Below are positions 26,910-37,193 of a DNA stretch of 64,000 nucleotides, one piece after another; positions within the stretch are counted from its first letter, which is position 1, and every line of letters starts with the position of its first letter. The notes under the pieces are model-generated. The model did not search any database. It saw only the letters and a list, made by a program, of their open reading frames with translations, and had not been told where the DNA came from. The translations under genes were made by a program, and so were the position numbers. Location: NCBI GenBank assembly GCA_963735805.1, contig CAVTMK010000004.1:480001-544000 (forward strand), read 5' to 3'. Source of the stretch: an uncultured Verrucomicrobiae bacterium (GTDB lineage: Bacteria; Verrucomicrobiota; Verrucomicrobiia; Chthoniobacterales; UBA10450).

Positions 26910-27581
26910 TCACTCCTTCACTTCCGCCGGCGTGACTTCTTCTTCCTCAGCGTCGCCGCCTTCGTCATCCGTCAAACCGAACAGAGAGGTCACCGATTGA
27001 CGAACCCGCGAGGCCTTGTTTTGCTTTTCCAGCTGCGATTGGCATTCAACGGTAAAACGCGCGAACGGAATGGCTTCAAGCCGCGCCCGGGGAATAGGTT
27101 TGCCCGACATTTCACACTTTCCATACGTTCCCAACTCAATTCGCTTGAGCGCCTGATCGATTTCGTAAAGCGCATCCTGTTCCTGCGAGAGCAAGCTTAG
27201 CGCGAAATCGCGATCGTACGCGTCCGATCCAGCGTCAGCCTGATGCATTCCAAACGCGGAAGCTTCGCTGCCCTCGGCCCGCGACCGAAGAGTGTCTTGG
27301 GCAACGCCGGCCATCGAGTCAACCATGGCGTCCCGCAGCTGAAGGAGTTTTTGTTTCTGCTGTCGTGTAAACGGATCGAGCCTTCTTTCGCGATGGTTCA
27401 GACCGAGCAAGACTACCGGAGACTCAATCGTTGCCTTTTTGGACGGTCCACGTTTTCCGGTTTTCGTCGGCTTTGCGACCTTTTTCGAGACTGGCCGTTT
27501 GACGTGGTCCTTGCGTGCCGGTCGCGTCTTATGCGCAGCAGGCTTCTTCGTAGAACTCTTCCTTTTTGTTGGTTTTGCCAT
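26910..27581 (-). CDS. TraR/DksA-family transcription factor with Lys-rich N-terminal tail
   Basis: Coiled coil with HQADAGSD; 'EIDQALKRIELGTYGKCEMSGKPIPRARLEAIPFARFTVECQ'. Confidence 0.9.
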   Translation of the reverse strand: MAKPTKRKSSTKKPAAHKTRPARKDHVKRPVSKKVAKPTKTGKRGPSKKATIESPVVLLGLNHRERRLDPFTRQQKQKLLQLRDAMVDSMAGVAQDTLRSRAEGSEASAFGMHQADAGSDAYDRDFALSLLSQEQDALYEIDQALKRIELGTYGKCEMSGKPIPRARLEAIPFARFTVECQSQLEKQNKASRVRQSVTSLFGLTDDEGGDAEEEEVTPAEVKE

Positions 27582-27764
27582 AGCGTTGACGCCTTTGGGT
27601 AATCGATTGCACCCGAAAAATGGACGCTTAATTAAGAACATTTCCAAGGCAGCGCAAGCGGATTTGGTTAAAAATTTCGTCTGGCCAAAAACCGGGTTTC
27701 ACACCGAGGCCAAACCACTACTCAGAATAGGCCCTGCCTCGACGGCACTATTCCAGCGGGAGTC

Positions 27765-28562
27765 CTACGAGCTCGCGCTAGAATAACGGTTCAGAGCAAA
27801 TTTCCAGAAGCCGCGTGACAGGAGAAAAACAATACTCGAGGCAGCGACAAGATGGAGCATCAACCACCAGGGCTGCCCGAGCGATTTGATCAGCAGGCGG
27901 GCCGGGATATTTGCGATAATGACCACCGGAATAATCCAGCCGAAGATCAAGCGGAACAGCCATGGAAAGATCGCATCTGGATAACGCGCGATGTTCAGGA
28001 AATTAAAGTAGCCATAAACCAATCCCTGGGCGCGCACGATCCAGAAACTGACCGCTGCCAGCGCAAGCATGATTGAGTAATGCACAGCGACGCCAAACCC
28101 CAGGGCAACCAGGTAAAGCAAGATTGATGTCCAATCTGGAACAATGTTGAGATGCGAAAGCGCTATGCAAACTACCGCACCGCCTAATCCAGCGTTAATG
28201 ATGCTATCGAGGGCGAATTGTTTCGTCGAAACAGCGAACTGGCTATCGATCGGCAGAACCAGCAAAGAGTCTAATTTTCCCGTGCGCACGAGTTCTGGAA
28301 TGTTCGCGACGTTAACAAAAAAAAATGCCTGAAAAAGTTGGGCAATCATTTGATGCGTGCCGATGAGCAGCACGACCTCCCACTTTGTCCAGTCACCAAT
28401 ACGGTCAACATTACCGAAGATGATACTGAAGAAAACAATTTGCCCGCAGAACCAAAGGATCTCCACGACCATCCATAAGAGGAAATTTGCCTTGAAACTC
28501 AGCTCGCGGATGAGCGAGTTGCGCAGCATGATGGAGTAGATTTGGATGTAACGCCGCATCAT
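27765..28562 (-). CDS. ABC-2 family permease (DUF990-like)
   Basis: 'VRTGKLDSLLVLPI', 'RYPDAIF', C-terminal 'RYSSASS'; six TM segments. Confidence 0.85.
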   Translation of the reverse strand: MMRRYIQIYSIMLRNSLIRELSFKANFLLWMVVEILWFCGQIVFFSIIFGNVDRIGDWTKWEVVLLIGTHQMIAQLFQAFFFVNVANIPELVRTGKLDSLLVLPIDSQFAVSTKQFALDSIINAGLGGAVVCIALSHLNIVPDWTSILLYLVALGFGVAVHYSIMLALAAVSFWIVRAQGLVYGYFNFLNIARYPDAIFPWLFRLIFGWIIPVVIIANIPARLLIKSLGQPWWLMLHLVAASSIVFLLSRGFWKFALNRYSSASS

Positions 28563-28603
28563 CTTTCCTGTCTTCTAACTTTAAGCGCAGTCAACCACCG
28601 CTG

Positions 28604-29800
28604 ATGAAACGTTTTGCCCCCTGGATTCTTATCGTTGTTGGAGTCTTAGTCATCGCAACGGTGGTGCGCCAGTGCCGCAACGGCGGCGCTGCAAGCTATC
28701 AGACCGCGACCATCACACGCGGTCCCATTACCCAGGCGGTCACCGCAACCGGCACACTCAATCCGGTAGTTAGTGTACAGGTAGGCAGCCAGGTTTCGGG
28801 AAATATCGCGAAATTGTTTGTGGATTTTAATTCCCAGGTGAAAGCGGGCCAGGTAGTCGCGCAAATTGATCCGGCGCTTTTTCAGGCAACTGTCACTCAG
28901 GCAGAGGGAGATTTGGCGAACGCCCAGGCCACGCTGGAGCTCGCGAGAGTGAACGCCAAACGGACGCAGGAATTGTTTGCGAAGAAGACTTCGTCGCAGG
29001 CAGACGTCGATCAAGCGATGGCGACGCTTCATCAATCGGAGGCAAACGTGAAGATCAAACAGGGCGCGCTGGACAAAGCCCGGGCCGATCTTGAGCATTG
29101 CACTATTACTTCTCCGATCGACGGAGTGGTGATTTCGCGGAGCGTCGATGTCGGCCAGACCGTCGCCGCCAGTTTACAAGCGCCGGTTATCTTTGCGATT
29201 GCGAACGATCTCGCCAAAATGCAAATCGACGCAAATGTGGCAGAAGCGGACGTAGGGGTGGTTAAGATCGATCAAAAGGTCGATTTCACCGTGGACGCTT
29301 TTCCCATGGAGACGTTTCATGGAAAAGTTGTCCAGGTACGGAACGCACCGATCACCGTTCAAAACGTAGTTACTTACGACACCGTTATCGGAGTGAGCAA
29401 TCCGGAGCTGAAATTGAAACCGGGAATGACGGCAAACGTCTCAATCATCATTGCGTATAAGGATGATGTACTTCAAATCAAAAACGCGGCGCTGCGCTAT
29501 CGTCCGCCCGACGCCAAGCCGGTTGAGATCAGGAAAACAGGCGGGAGTCGGACGGGGCGCCCCGGTAGTGCTCAGGGCGCTGCGCAACAGGGCGCTCAGC
29601 GAACGGTCTATATTTTGCCATTTGGCGCGAGTCATCCGCAGCCGAGGCAGATCAAGACCGGAATTAGCGATGGGATTATGACCGAAGTAGTCGAAGGCTT
29701 GAAAGAAGGCGACCGCGTGGTGACGGCCGAGCTCGGTTCAGCGGTTGGCGCTCCATCGCCTGCTGCCAATCCGTTCGGCGGCGGCCGACGGTTTCCGTGA
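28604..29800 (+). CDS. MacA-like efflux periplasmic adaptor
   Basis: 'VQVGSQVSG', 'ITSPIDGVV', 'GQTVAASLQAP', 'LKPGMTA'. Confidence 0.92.
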   Translation: MKRFAPWILIVVGVLVIATVVRQCRNGGAASYQTATITRGPITQAVTATGTLNPVVSVQVGSQVSGNIAKLFVDFNSQVKAGQVVAQIDPALFQATVTQAEGDLANAQATLELARVNAKRTQELFAKKTSSQADVDQAMATLHQSEANVKIKQGALDKARADLEHCTITSPIDGVVISRSVDVGQTVAASLQAPVIFAIANDLAKMQIDANVAEADVGVVKIDQKVDFTVDAFPMETFHGKVVQVRNAPITVQNVVTYDTVIGVSNPELKLKPGMTANVSIIIAYKDDVLQIKNAALRYRPPDAKPVEIRKTGGSRTGRPGSAQGAAQQGAQRTVYILPFGASHPQPRQIKTGISDGIMTEVVEGLKEGDRVVTAELGSAVGAPSPAANPFGGGRRFP

Positions 29801-29844
29801 GGATTGTGAACAGAAGAGAATTGCTCTTACTGCTTCCAAGCTGC

Positions 29845-29924
29845 TGTAATCGCTTCGCTTTGCGACGCGCGCAGCTGACCTGTTTGCAACACACGCAATG
29901 CGCATCTCACAAAGCGTGGCTACA
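29845..29924. repeat. Degenerate GTAG-family REP doublet
   Basis: Left arm tgtaatcgcttcgctttgcgacgcg; right arm gcatctcacaaagcgtggctaca. Same style as 53687-53762. Confidence 0.45.
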
Positions 29925-29950
29925 ACAATTGTAAGGAACCACCGATCGAT

Positions 29951-30700
29951 ATGAACAACGGCGCACTCGTTAGGTTAGTCGATGTTCATAAGACCTATCG
30001 TACCGGCGAAATGGAAGTGCCCGCGGTGCGCGGCGTGTCGATTGAAATCAAGTGCGGCGAGTTTGTTGCGCTGATGGGTGCGAGTGGTTCCGGAAAATCT
30101 ACTCTCATGAACATCCTGGGGTGTCTCGATCGACCTACTACAGGTCATTACATTTTGGACGGCGCAGATGTTTCCGGACTGGATCGAGACCAACTCGCTG
30201 AGATACGGAATCGCAAGATCGGGTTCGTGTTTCAGAATTTTAACCTACTGCCGCGAACCTCTGCGCGTGAGAATGTCGAATTGCCCTTGGTTTACAGCGC
30301 GCAGCATCTGACAAACGCAGAGCTTCGCGAAAAGGCAGATGGCGTCCTTACATCCGTCGGCCTGGCCGGTCGTGGAGATCATCACCCCAGCCAGCTTTCA
30401 GGTGGCCAGCAACAACGTGTAGCGATCGCGCGGGCGTTGATAAACCAGCCGGAGGTCCTTCTTGCGGACGAGCCGACCGGCAATCTGGACAGTAGGACCA
30501 GCGTGGAGATCATGGCGATTTTTCAGCAACTTAACACGCGCGGGATTACCGTGATCATGGTGACGCACGAAGCTGACATCGCTGCCTACGCAAAGCGCAA
30601 CGTGATGATGCGCGACGGCCTGATTCTGGATGATCATCTGGTTTCGCAGCCCGCGGATGCGGCGTCGCAGCTCCAACATCAACAGACTCCAATGCTTTAA
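29951..30700 (+). CDS. MacB/LolD-type ABC ATP-binding protein
   Basis: [38 protein letters not shown]. Confidence 0.93.
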   Translation: MNNGALVRLVDVHKTYRTGEMEVPAVRGVSIEIKCGEFVALMGASGSGKSTLMNILGCLDRPTTGHYILDGADVSGLDRDQLAEIRNRKIGFVFQNFNLLPRTSARENVELPLVYSAQHLTNAELREKADGVLTSVGLAGRGDHHPSQLSGGQQQRVAIARALINQPEVLLADEPTGNLDSRTSVEIMAIFQQLNTRGITVIMVTHEADIAAYAKRNVMMRDGLILDDHLVSQPADAASQLQHQQTPML

Positions 30701-30723
30701 CGTTTCAATTTTCAACCAACAAC

Positions 30724-31941
30724 ATGAGAGTCGCGCCCACCTTTAACGTCGCGCTACGGGCTTTGCGACGAAACAAACTGCGTTCGGTGCTCACTGCGCT
30801 CGGAATCATTATCGGTGTTGGCGCGGTCATTGCGATGGTCGGGATCGGCAACGGCGCGAAGGCTCAGGTAGAAGCGCAGATCGCCAGCCTTGGGCAAAAT
30901 GTGATTCTCATCTTTTCTGGTAGCACTACTTCCAGCGGCATTCGCACGGGGTGGGGCGGTGCCGGCACATTGAAAATCGAAGACGCCGAGGCAATCCGGC
31001 GCGAAGTGCCAGGCGTCATCGGAGTCAGTGAGGAAGTTGTTTCCACCACGCAAGTAGCAGCGGGAAATCAAAACTGGTTTACCCGCATTTACGGCGAGTC
31101 CGCCGATTACTTTGATATTCGGCAATGGCCGTTGGCAGACGGGGCGCCGTTTACATCGCAAGACGTTCGCAGCGCAAACAAGGTTTGCGTGATCGGACGC
31201 ACTACGGCGACACAGATTTACGGAAACGAAAATCCGATTGGACAGATTTTACGAATTAAGGAGGTCCCATTCACGATCACCGGTGTGTTGACACCCAAGG
31301 GATTGAGCACGCAGGGCGTAGATCAGGACGACATCGTAATCATGCCATACACCAGCGCGATGAAGCGCGTGATTGGCGGCGCCAATCTGCGTAATATCAA
31401 TGTGCAGATCGCCGATCCGCAGCAACTCGAGGCGGCCCAGCAACAGATTATCGCCCTGCTACGGCAACGGCATAACATTCGCCCCGGGCGAGATGATGAT
31501 TTTACTGTGCGCAACCAACAGGAGATCGCTCAGGCTGCTACCGCCACCTCGCGTGTGATGACGCTTTTGCTTGGTGCAATCGCCGGCGTGTCCCTTTTGG
31601 TCGGCGGCATCGGAATCATGAATATCATGCTGGTGAGCGTCACCGAGCGGACGCGTGAGATCGGCGTGCGGATGGCCGTAGGCGCGCGGGGCAACGACAT
31701 TCTTACCCAATTCCTAATTGAAGCCGTCACGTTGAGCTCAGTCGGCGGCCTGATCGGGATCATCTGTGGCATTGGCGCATCGAAAGTTCTTTCGGCATAC
31801 GCGAGTTGGCCGACACTGATATCAATCAGTTCGGTCGCGATTGCATTTTTGTTCAGCGCGGCGGTTGGAATTTTCTTCGGCTTTTATCCGGCGCGCAAAG
31901 CCGCTGCCCTCGATCCCATCGAAGCACTGCGCTACGAATAA
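30724..31941 (+). CDS. MacB-type ABC permease
   Basis: 'LRSVLTALGIIIGV', 'GGIGIMNIMLVSVTERTREIG', 'DPIEALRYE'. Confidence 0.93.
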   Translation: MRVAPTFNVALRALRRNKLRSVLTALGIIIGVGAVIAMVGIGNGAKAQVEAQIASLGQNVILIFSGSTTSSGIRTGWGGAGTLKIEDAEAIRREVPGVIGVSEEVVSTTQVAAGNQNWFTRIYGESADYFDIRQWPLADGAPFTSQDVRSANKVCVIGRTTATQIYGNENPIGQILRIKEVPFTITGVLTPKGLSTQGVDQDDIVIMPYTSAMKRVIGGANLRNINVQIADPQQLEAAQQQIIALLRQRHNIRPGRDDDFTVRNQQEIAQAATATSRVMTLLLGAIAGVSLLVGGIGIMNIMLVSVTERTREIGVRMAVGARGNDILTQFLIEAVTLSSVGGLIGIICGIGASKVLSAYASWPTLISISSVAIAFLFSAAVGIFFGFYPARKAAALDPIEALRYE

Positions 31942-31943
31942 CC

Positions 31944-31966
31944 GTGGCGGCGAACTGTGACCGCCG
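31944..31966 (+). repeat. Single degenerate GTAG-family REP
   Basis: gtggcggcgaactgtgaccgccg just after the stop; its counterpart lies in inverted orientation at 56858-56881. Confidence 0.4.
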
Positions 31967-31978
31967 ACATATTGCTCC

Positions 31979-32344
31979 ATGGCCGAGCACGCTGGTTTTG
32001 AAAAATTGGTCGCAGACGCGAAGAAGAAGATCACTGAGATTTCGCCGGTCGAAGCAGCGGCAAAATCAAAGAGCGGCGAAGCGGTGATTGTCGACGTTCG
32101 CGAAAAAGATGAATGGGACGAGGGACATATTCCTGATGCAATTCACATGAGTCGCGGGACAATCGAACTCGACGTCGAGGAAAAAATCCCGGACACGAAC
32201 GCAATGATTATTTGTCATTGCGGGGGAGGTGGGCGCTCCGCGCTTGCCGCCGAGAACCTGCAAAAAATGGGCTACAAAAACGTTCGCTCCATGGCTGGCG
32301 GCCTTACAGCTTGGAAAGCCATTGGGCTGCCTACGGCCAGGTAG
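31979..32344 (+). CDS. Rhodanese-domain sulfurtransferase
   Basis: IVDVRE..EW..GHIP, CGGGGRS, MAGG..AW. Confidence 0.9.
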   Translation: MAEHAGFEKLVADAKKKITEISPVEAAAKSKSGEAVIVDVREKDEWDEGHIPDAIHMSRGTIELDVEEKIPDTNAMIICHCGGGGRSALAAENLQKMGYKNVRSMAGGLTAWKAIGLPTAR

Positions 32345-32451
32345 CTGTAAAGACGCTTGTGCCAGGCGCTTTCAGCATTTGGCTTTGCCTATCAGCATTG
32401 TTTTCGCGTTGCCGTCCCGCTAAACTACGAGAATTACCGGGACGAAACAAC

Positions 32452-33621
32452 GTGACGACAAGTTCGCTGGATTACTATGGAATTGAAGAGCTTCTCACGG
32501 ATGAGGAACGCACAGCGCGCGATCGGGCGAGGCGCTTTGTGCAGGAGGAGGTCGCGCCTGAGATTGTTCCGTTCCACCGTGCGGGGAAGTTCCCAGAGGC
32601 TCTCGTACCGCGGATGGGTGCGTTGGGCTTTTATGCTCCTTATTTGAAAGGACACGGCTGCGCTGGTCTTAGCTACACCGCCTATGGGCTGATCATGCAG
32701 GAGCTCGAACGTGCCGATTCGGGTCTGCGCTCTTTGGCGTCCGTGCAAGGGCCGCTTGTTACCCATGCGATTCATTCTTTTGCGACACCTGAGCAACAAG
32801 CGCGCTGGCTGCCGGGATTAGTGGCGGGCAAGCTTGTTGGCTGTTTCGGATTAACGGAGCACGGGCACGGCTCTGATCCCGGCGGCATGGAAACCCGCGC
32901 CAAACGCGAAGGCGACCATTACACTTTGAACGGCAGCAAATGTTGGATCGGCAATGCTTCGATTGCGGATGTTAAAGTTATTTGGGCAAAAGACGACGAA
33001 GGGCACGTAGGCGGATTCGTGGTGGAAAAGGACGCCCCTGGTTTTCGCGCACAGGACATCGAAGGAAAGTTTAGTCTGCGAATGTCGCGCACGTCGGAAT
33101 GCTGGTTTGAGAACTGCCGCATACCTGCAGAGAATCGTTTGCCCAAGGCATCCGGGCTCGGAGCGCCGCTCTCGTGTCTTTCACACGCACGCGCAGGCAT
33201 AGCCTGGGGCGTGATTGGCGCGGCTATTGATTGCTACGAGACAGCGCTGGCTTACGCCAAATCGCGCGAACAATTTGGTCGCCCGATTGCTGGCTTCCAA
33301 TTGGTGCAACAAAAGCTTGTCTGGATGGCGCAGGAAATTACCAAGGCACAATTATTGGCGTTGCGTCTCACACGCATGATGGAGACGGGTTCGGCGCGTC
33401 CCGCGCAGATCTCGCTTGCGAAACGAAACAATGTTTGGATGGCACTCGAATGTGCCCGGAATGCGCGCGGCATACTTGGCGCCGCAGGCATTACAGATCG
33501 TTACCCTGTGATTCGCCATGTCATGAACCTTGAAAGCGTATCGACGTACGAAGGCACACACGACATCCACACGTTGGTAGTGGGCCGCGACATCACGGGG
33601 ATCAATGCTTTTGGCGGCTAG
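32452..33621 (+). CDS. Acyl-CoA dehydrogenase, glutaryl-CoA dehydrogenase-like
   Basis: GCFGLTE..HGSDPGGM, KRNN, 'NLESVSTYEGTHDIH'. GTG 32452 preferred as start. Confidence 0.88.
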   Translation: MTTSSLDYYGIEELLTDEERTARDRARRFVQEEVAPEIVPFHRAGKFPEALVPRMGALGFYAPYLKGHGCAGLSYTAYGLIMQELERADSGLRSLASVQGPLVTHAIHSFATPEQQARWLPGLVAGKLVGCFGLTEHGHGSDPGGMETRAKREGDHYTLNGSKCWIGNASIADVKVIWAKDDEGHVGGFVVEKDAPGFRAQDIEGKFSLRMSRTSECWFENCRIPAENRLPKASGLGAPLSCLSHARAGIAWGVIGAAIDCYETALAYAKSREQFGRPIAGFQLVQQKLVWMAQEITKAQLLALRLTRMMETGSARPAQISLAKRNNVWMALECARNARGILGAAGITDRYPVIRHVMNLESVSTYEGTHDIHTLVVGRDITGINAFGG

Positions 33622-33627
33622 CACCTC

Positions 33628-33732
33628 ATCATCCGCGCCGCGAAGTCGGAGAAGGCGCCTCATTCGTTAATTGCTCCTCAGATGTGTACTGCAGCATGTC
33701 GCGGGTGATCCTTCGCTTCGCTCAGGATGACA
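33628..33732. repeat. TGTCATYCYGAGCG-type palindromic element, copy B
   Basis: Right arm gatccttcgcttcgctcaggatgaca; decayed left arm atcatccgcgccgcgaagtcgg. Confidence 0.6.
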
Positions 33733-33762
33733 GTGCGTAAAGATCGGCTACGTTGAGTTGTT

Positions 33763-34995
33763 ATGAACGAGTCAGTTTACATTCTTGGCGGCGGGCGCAC
33801 CGATTTTAAGCGCAACCTGAAGAAAGAAGGGAAAACGATCCGGCACATCATTATCGAGGCCGGCAAGAAGGCGATCGACGACGCGAAAATTGATCCGGTG
33901 GAAATTCAAGCCGGCGCGGTTGGCAATTTCAACGCAGGTCAGTTTACAAAACAGCTACAGCTCGGCGCGTTCATTCCCGAGATCGATCCGAAATTGCGCG
34001 GTATTCCGACGATGCACACCGAAGCAGCATGCGCGTCTGGTGCGCTGTCGGTGTTACTCGGCGCCGAATGGATCATGGGCGGATTCTATGATGTCGTGCT
34101 GGTTGTAGGCGCAGAACAACAGAAAACCATGTCATCGCTCGATGGCTCGGATGTGCTCGGCGCGGCTGCCGATTATCACAACGAAAAGCCGGAATATGGC
34201 GATTTTATGTTCCCCAAATTATTCGGCCGTATCGCGCAAATTTATATCGAGAAATATGGCGCGACCGAAGCGGACCTGGCCCTGGTCGCGTGGAAAAACT
34301 ATGCGCACGCCAAGTTGAATCCGCTTGCGCAAATGCGAGACGCCGACCTCACACTCGATTGCGCGTCGCAAGTTTCCGATAAAAATCCGAGTGTTTCGCC
34401 GCCGCTTAAGGTTTCCGATTGTTCCCAGATCACTGACGGCGCAGCGTCGGTCGTTCTGGTTTCTGGAAAATATCTGGAGAAAATTGGCCGTGATAAAAAC
34501 AAAACTGCCCGATTGCTTGGCTACGGTCATACAACCGATTATTTGCCGCTCGACAAAAAGGATGCGCCCACGTTTTCGATCGCGCGTAAAGCAGCCGAGA
34601 GGGCGTTCCGCACGGCGAATCTGACGCCGCGCGATCTGCAGGGCGCGGAGGTGCACGATTGCTTCTCGATCACTGAAATTGTCGCCTACGAAATTCTCGG
34701 ACTCGCAGAATCGGGCAAAGGTGTCGAGCTTGTGAAAAGCGGCGCGACAGCGTTGCCGCAGGTGCGCACGGAAAAATTCAAAGGGCCTTTCCAGATTCCG
34801 GTGAATGCGGGCGGCGGCCTGATCGCCGACGGTCACCCTGTCGGTGCGACAGGCGTTCGCCAGGTTTTTGAGGCGTATCAACAGCTTACGGAACAGGCTG
34901 GCGCACGGCAGATTGAAAGCGCGAAAAGATTTCTCACTTTCAACATGGGCGGCAGCCTCACGACTTCCGTGGCCATGGTTTGGGGACGAGATTGA
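33763..34995 (+). CDS. Thiolase, SCP2-thiolase (HDCF) type
   Basis: EAACASG, EVHDCF, GHPVGATG, FNMGG. Confidence 0.9.
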   Translation: MNESVYILGGGRTDFKRNLKKEGKTIRHIIIEAGKKAIDDAKIDPVEIQAGAVGNFNAGQFTKQLQLGAFIPEIDPKLRGIPTMHTEAACASGALSVLLGAEWIMGGFYDVVLVVGAEQQKTMSSLDGSDVLGAAADYHNEKPEYGDFMFPKLFGRIAQIYIEKYGATEADLALVAWKNYAHAKLNPLAQMRDADLTLDCASQVSDKNPSVSPPLKVSDCSQITDGAASVVLVSGKYLEKIGRDKNKTARLLGYGHTTDYLPLDKKDAPTFSIARKAAERAFRTANLTPRDLQGAEVHDCFSITEIVAYEILGLAESGKGVELVKSGATALPQVRTEKFKGPFQIPVNAGGGLIADGHPVGATGVRQVFEAYQQLTEQAGARQIESAKRFLTFNMGGSLTTSVAMVWGRD

Positions 34996-34999
34996 TCGA

Positions 35000-35034
35000 G
35001 TCCGAAATTCGCAATTCGAGATCCGTCATTCGGC
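35000..35034 (+). repeat. Heptamer tandem repeat
   Basis: gtccgaa-attcgca-attcgag-atccgtc-attcggc. Confidence 0.5.
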
Positions 35035-35159
35035 GCACTGACGCCTTGGCATAGTTCGTTATGCAAGATTCGCGATTCGCGTGCCGAATCACGATTTAAC
35101 GAATCACATTGCGAAGCCGCTTTCACGTCCGGATGACGGTTGGCGCACGTTTCTGGGGT

Positions 35160-35429
35160 ATGGTCTCGCTTGCAATTGAAGAACTGCCTCCTGTGATAAA
35201 AGAGGATGTCGAGGACTATCTCGAAAATCATCCACGCAGCCCAGCCGCACGCTTGCGTCCAAGAATGGGAATGGTCGGCGACATCTGGCTGGCGTTTATC
35301 GGGTCCGAGCTGCGACGTGGCGCCAGTGGACTAGGCAACACGCCACGTAATGCCCTTCAAGATTTCAATCGCCACTTCATGGAGCCGATCATCTCTCGAA
35401 ACGGCTCCGAACCAGCGGAGACCGATTGA
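35160..35429 (+). CDS. Small hypothetical protein
   Basis: 89-aa ORF from ATG 35160, co-oriented with its neighbours; 'WLAFIG...GLGNTP..ALQDFN'. Confidence 0.55.
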   Translation: MVSLAIEELPPVIKEDVEDYLENHPRSPAARLRPRMGMVGDIWLAFIGSELRRGASGLGNTPRNALQDFNRHFMEPIISRNGSEPAETD

Positions 35430-35450
35430 TTTGAGCTTGACCGCGGTCAT

Positions 35451-35837
35451 ATGAAAGTTCCATTCACGCTGGGAGAAGTAGGTCACTTCGGTTTAGCCGT
35501 GTGTGATCCGAAGAAAAGCGCTCAATGGTTCGAGCGTACGTTGGGATTGCGCAAAGAATTCGATTTCGAAAACGGGATCGCGATCGGTAATGACTATGTG
35601 ACCATTGCGCTGTTCAAAGGTAAACCCTCACCGAAAACGATTGATCATATGTCCTTTCATCTGCCGGACATGGCAACCTTGCGAAAGGCGCTCGCGCATT
35701 TGAAGAGCGTCGATGCCGACATTGAGGATCCGGGCGATGAAATCGGTCCGGAAGGCCCGGGATCGAAAAACATGGGGCTTTGGTTCCATGACCCAGACGG
35801 CTACCGCTGGGAGCTAAGTGTTCTTGGCGGCAAATAA
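35451..35837 (+). CDS. VOC/glyoxalase family protein
   Basis: HFGLAV.D, 'FERTLGL', DHMSF, 'FHDPDGYRWEL'. Confidence 0.9.
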   Translation: MKVPFTLGEVGHFGLAVCDPKKSAQWFERTLGLRKEFDFENGIAIGNDYVTIALFKGKPSPKTIDHMSFHLPDMATLRKALAHLKSVDADIEDPGDEIGPEGPGSKNMGLWFHDPDGYRWELSVLGGK

Positions 35838-35992
35838 GGTCTGAGCAACTAAACCACGCGGTGCCCTGAGCCTTCGCAAATGGCCTGGCATCACTCAATC
35901 GGATGAGGACTAACGAGTGCGTAGCGCACAAGCAAGTGCGTGCGTTGACATGATATTTCAGGGCCTTAACTTTTTCGTCCGCAATTAAAAAA

Positions 35993-37193
35993 ATGATTAC
36001 CCAGGAAAAAGGGGACGGAAAAGAGTTTATCTCGCACGCGCCAGGATATTGGCCAGAGATCGCTCAGGAACTCTGGAACGATTGGAAATGGCAGCTCAAG
36101 AACAGGGTCACTTCTCTCGCTCAACTGGAGAAACACCTCGGTACTGGCTGATGAAGAGCGCAGCGGCGTGTTGCTCTCAGGCGACAAGCTCGCGCTCGCG
36201 GTCACGCCGCACTTTTTTAATCTCGTGCCGCAGGACAATCCCGAGGATCCAATCCGGCGTCAGATGATTCCACGTATCGAGGAGACCTGGGCATCGCCCT
36301 ACGACATGGCCGATCCATGCGGCGAAGATTCGCACATGCCGGTTCCAGGGTTGGTGCACCGTTATCCGGACCGCGTCCTGTTTTTGGTTACGGATCGTTG
36401 CGCAAGTTACTGCCGCTATTGCACCCGCAGTCGCGTCGTCAGCGGCGTGGGCGAACAGGAGTTGCACACAGATTTCGAGGAAGCGTTTCGTTACCTTGAA
36501 GCGCATACCGAGGTGCGCGATGTCCTCCTGAGCGGCGGAGACGCGCTCATTTTTTCTGACGAAAGGATCGACAAGCTGCTTTCGCGATTGCGATCGATTC
36601 CCCATATAGAGTTTGTCCGCATTGGCACGCGGGTGCCGATTTTCCTCCCACAACGCATTACACCAGAGCTGTGTGCGATCCTGGCGAAATATCATCCGCT
36701 CTGGATGAGTGTGCATGTCAATCATCCCCGCGAGTTGAACACTGAGGTGAAGCAAGCGCTGGAGCGCCTTGCTAACGCGGGCATCCCACTGGGAAATCAA
36801 AGCGTATTGCTCGCGGGCGTGAACGACAACTTGGAAACCATGAAAACGCTCGTGCACAAACTTCTTATGTGCCGCGTTCGCCCGTACTACATTTATCAGT
36901 GCGATTTGATCAACGGCTCGTCGCATCTGCGCACGTCCGTTGCGAAGGGGATTGAGATTATCGAAGGCCTGCGCGGTCATACCACCGGTTACGCTGTGCC
37001 ACAGTTCGTGATCGATGCACCCGGCGGCGGCGGCAAGGTGCCTATCAATCCCGGGTACATCCTTTATCATGACAACGAGAAAATCGTCATCAGAAATTAC
37101 GAAGGCAAAATCTTCGAGTACCCAGAGGCGGGAAACGAGAACGTCCAGTTCGCGCCGCAGCGCGAATATCACGACGAGTACCTTTACTCGTAG
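35993..37193 (+). pseudogene. kamA: KamA-family radical SAM (lysine 2,3-aminomutase-like), interrupted by a +1 frameshift near 36140 (pseudogene or sequence error)
   Basis: The 5' frame from ATG 35993 encodes WNDWKWQLKNRV and stops at TGA 36149-51. The next frame has LVHRYPDR, CASYCRYC, LLSGGD and GGGKVP. Removing one G restores a 399-aa ORF. Confidence 0.8.

Noticed and set aside
26251..27200. Plus-strand ORFs of 194 and 152 aa
   Set aside because: They run antisense to rpsR, rpmG and the dksA-like gene and read through a repeat element.
32212..32451. 80-aa N-terminal extension of the acyl-CoA dehydrogenase
   Set aside because: It overlaps the rhodanese gene, and family similarity begins near GTG 32452. 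Similar over-extensions were trimmed for folP, ybhB, sppA, thiL and the TPR gene.
36130..36155. Programmed frameshift or selenocysteine read-through in kamA
   Set aside because: There is no slippery sequence, and the downstream homology is in a different frame, so TGA read-through would not restore the protein.
36177..37172. 331-aa minus-strand ORF
   Set aside because: Antisense shadow of kamA with no recognisable motifs. The same applies to other long shadows (12512-13312, 15331-16098, 18043-18753, 54449-55267, 58983-59699).
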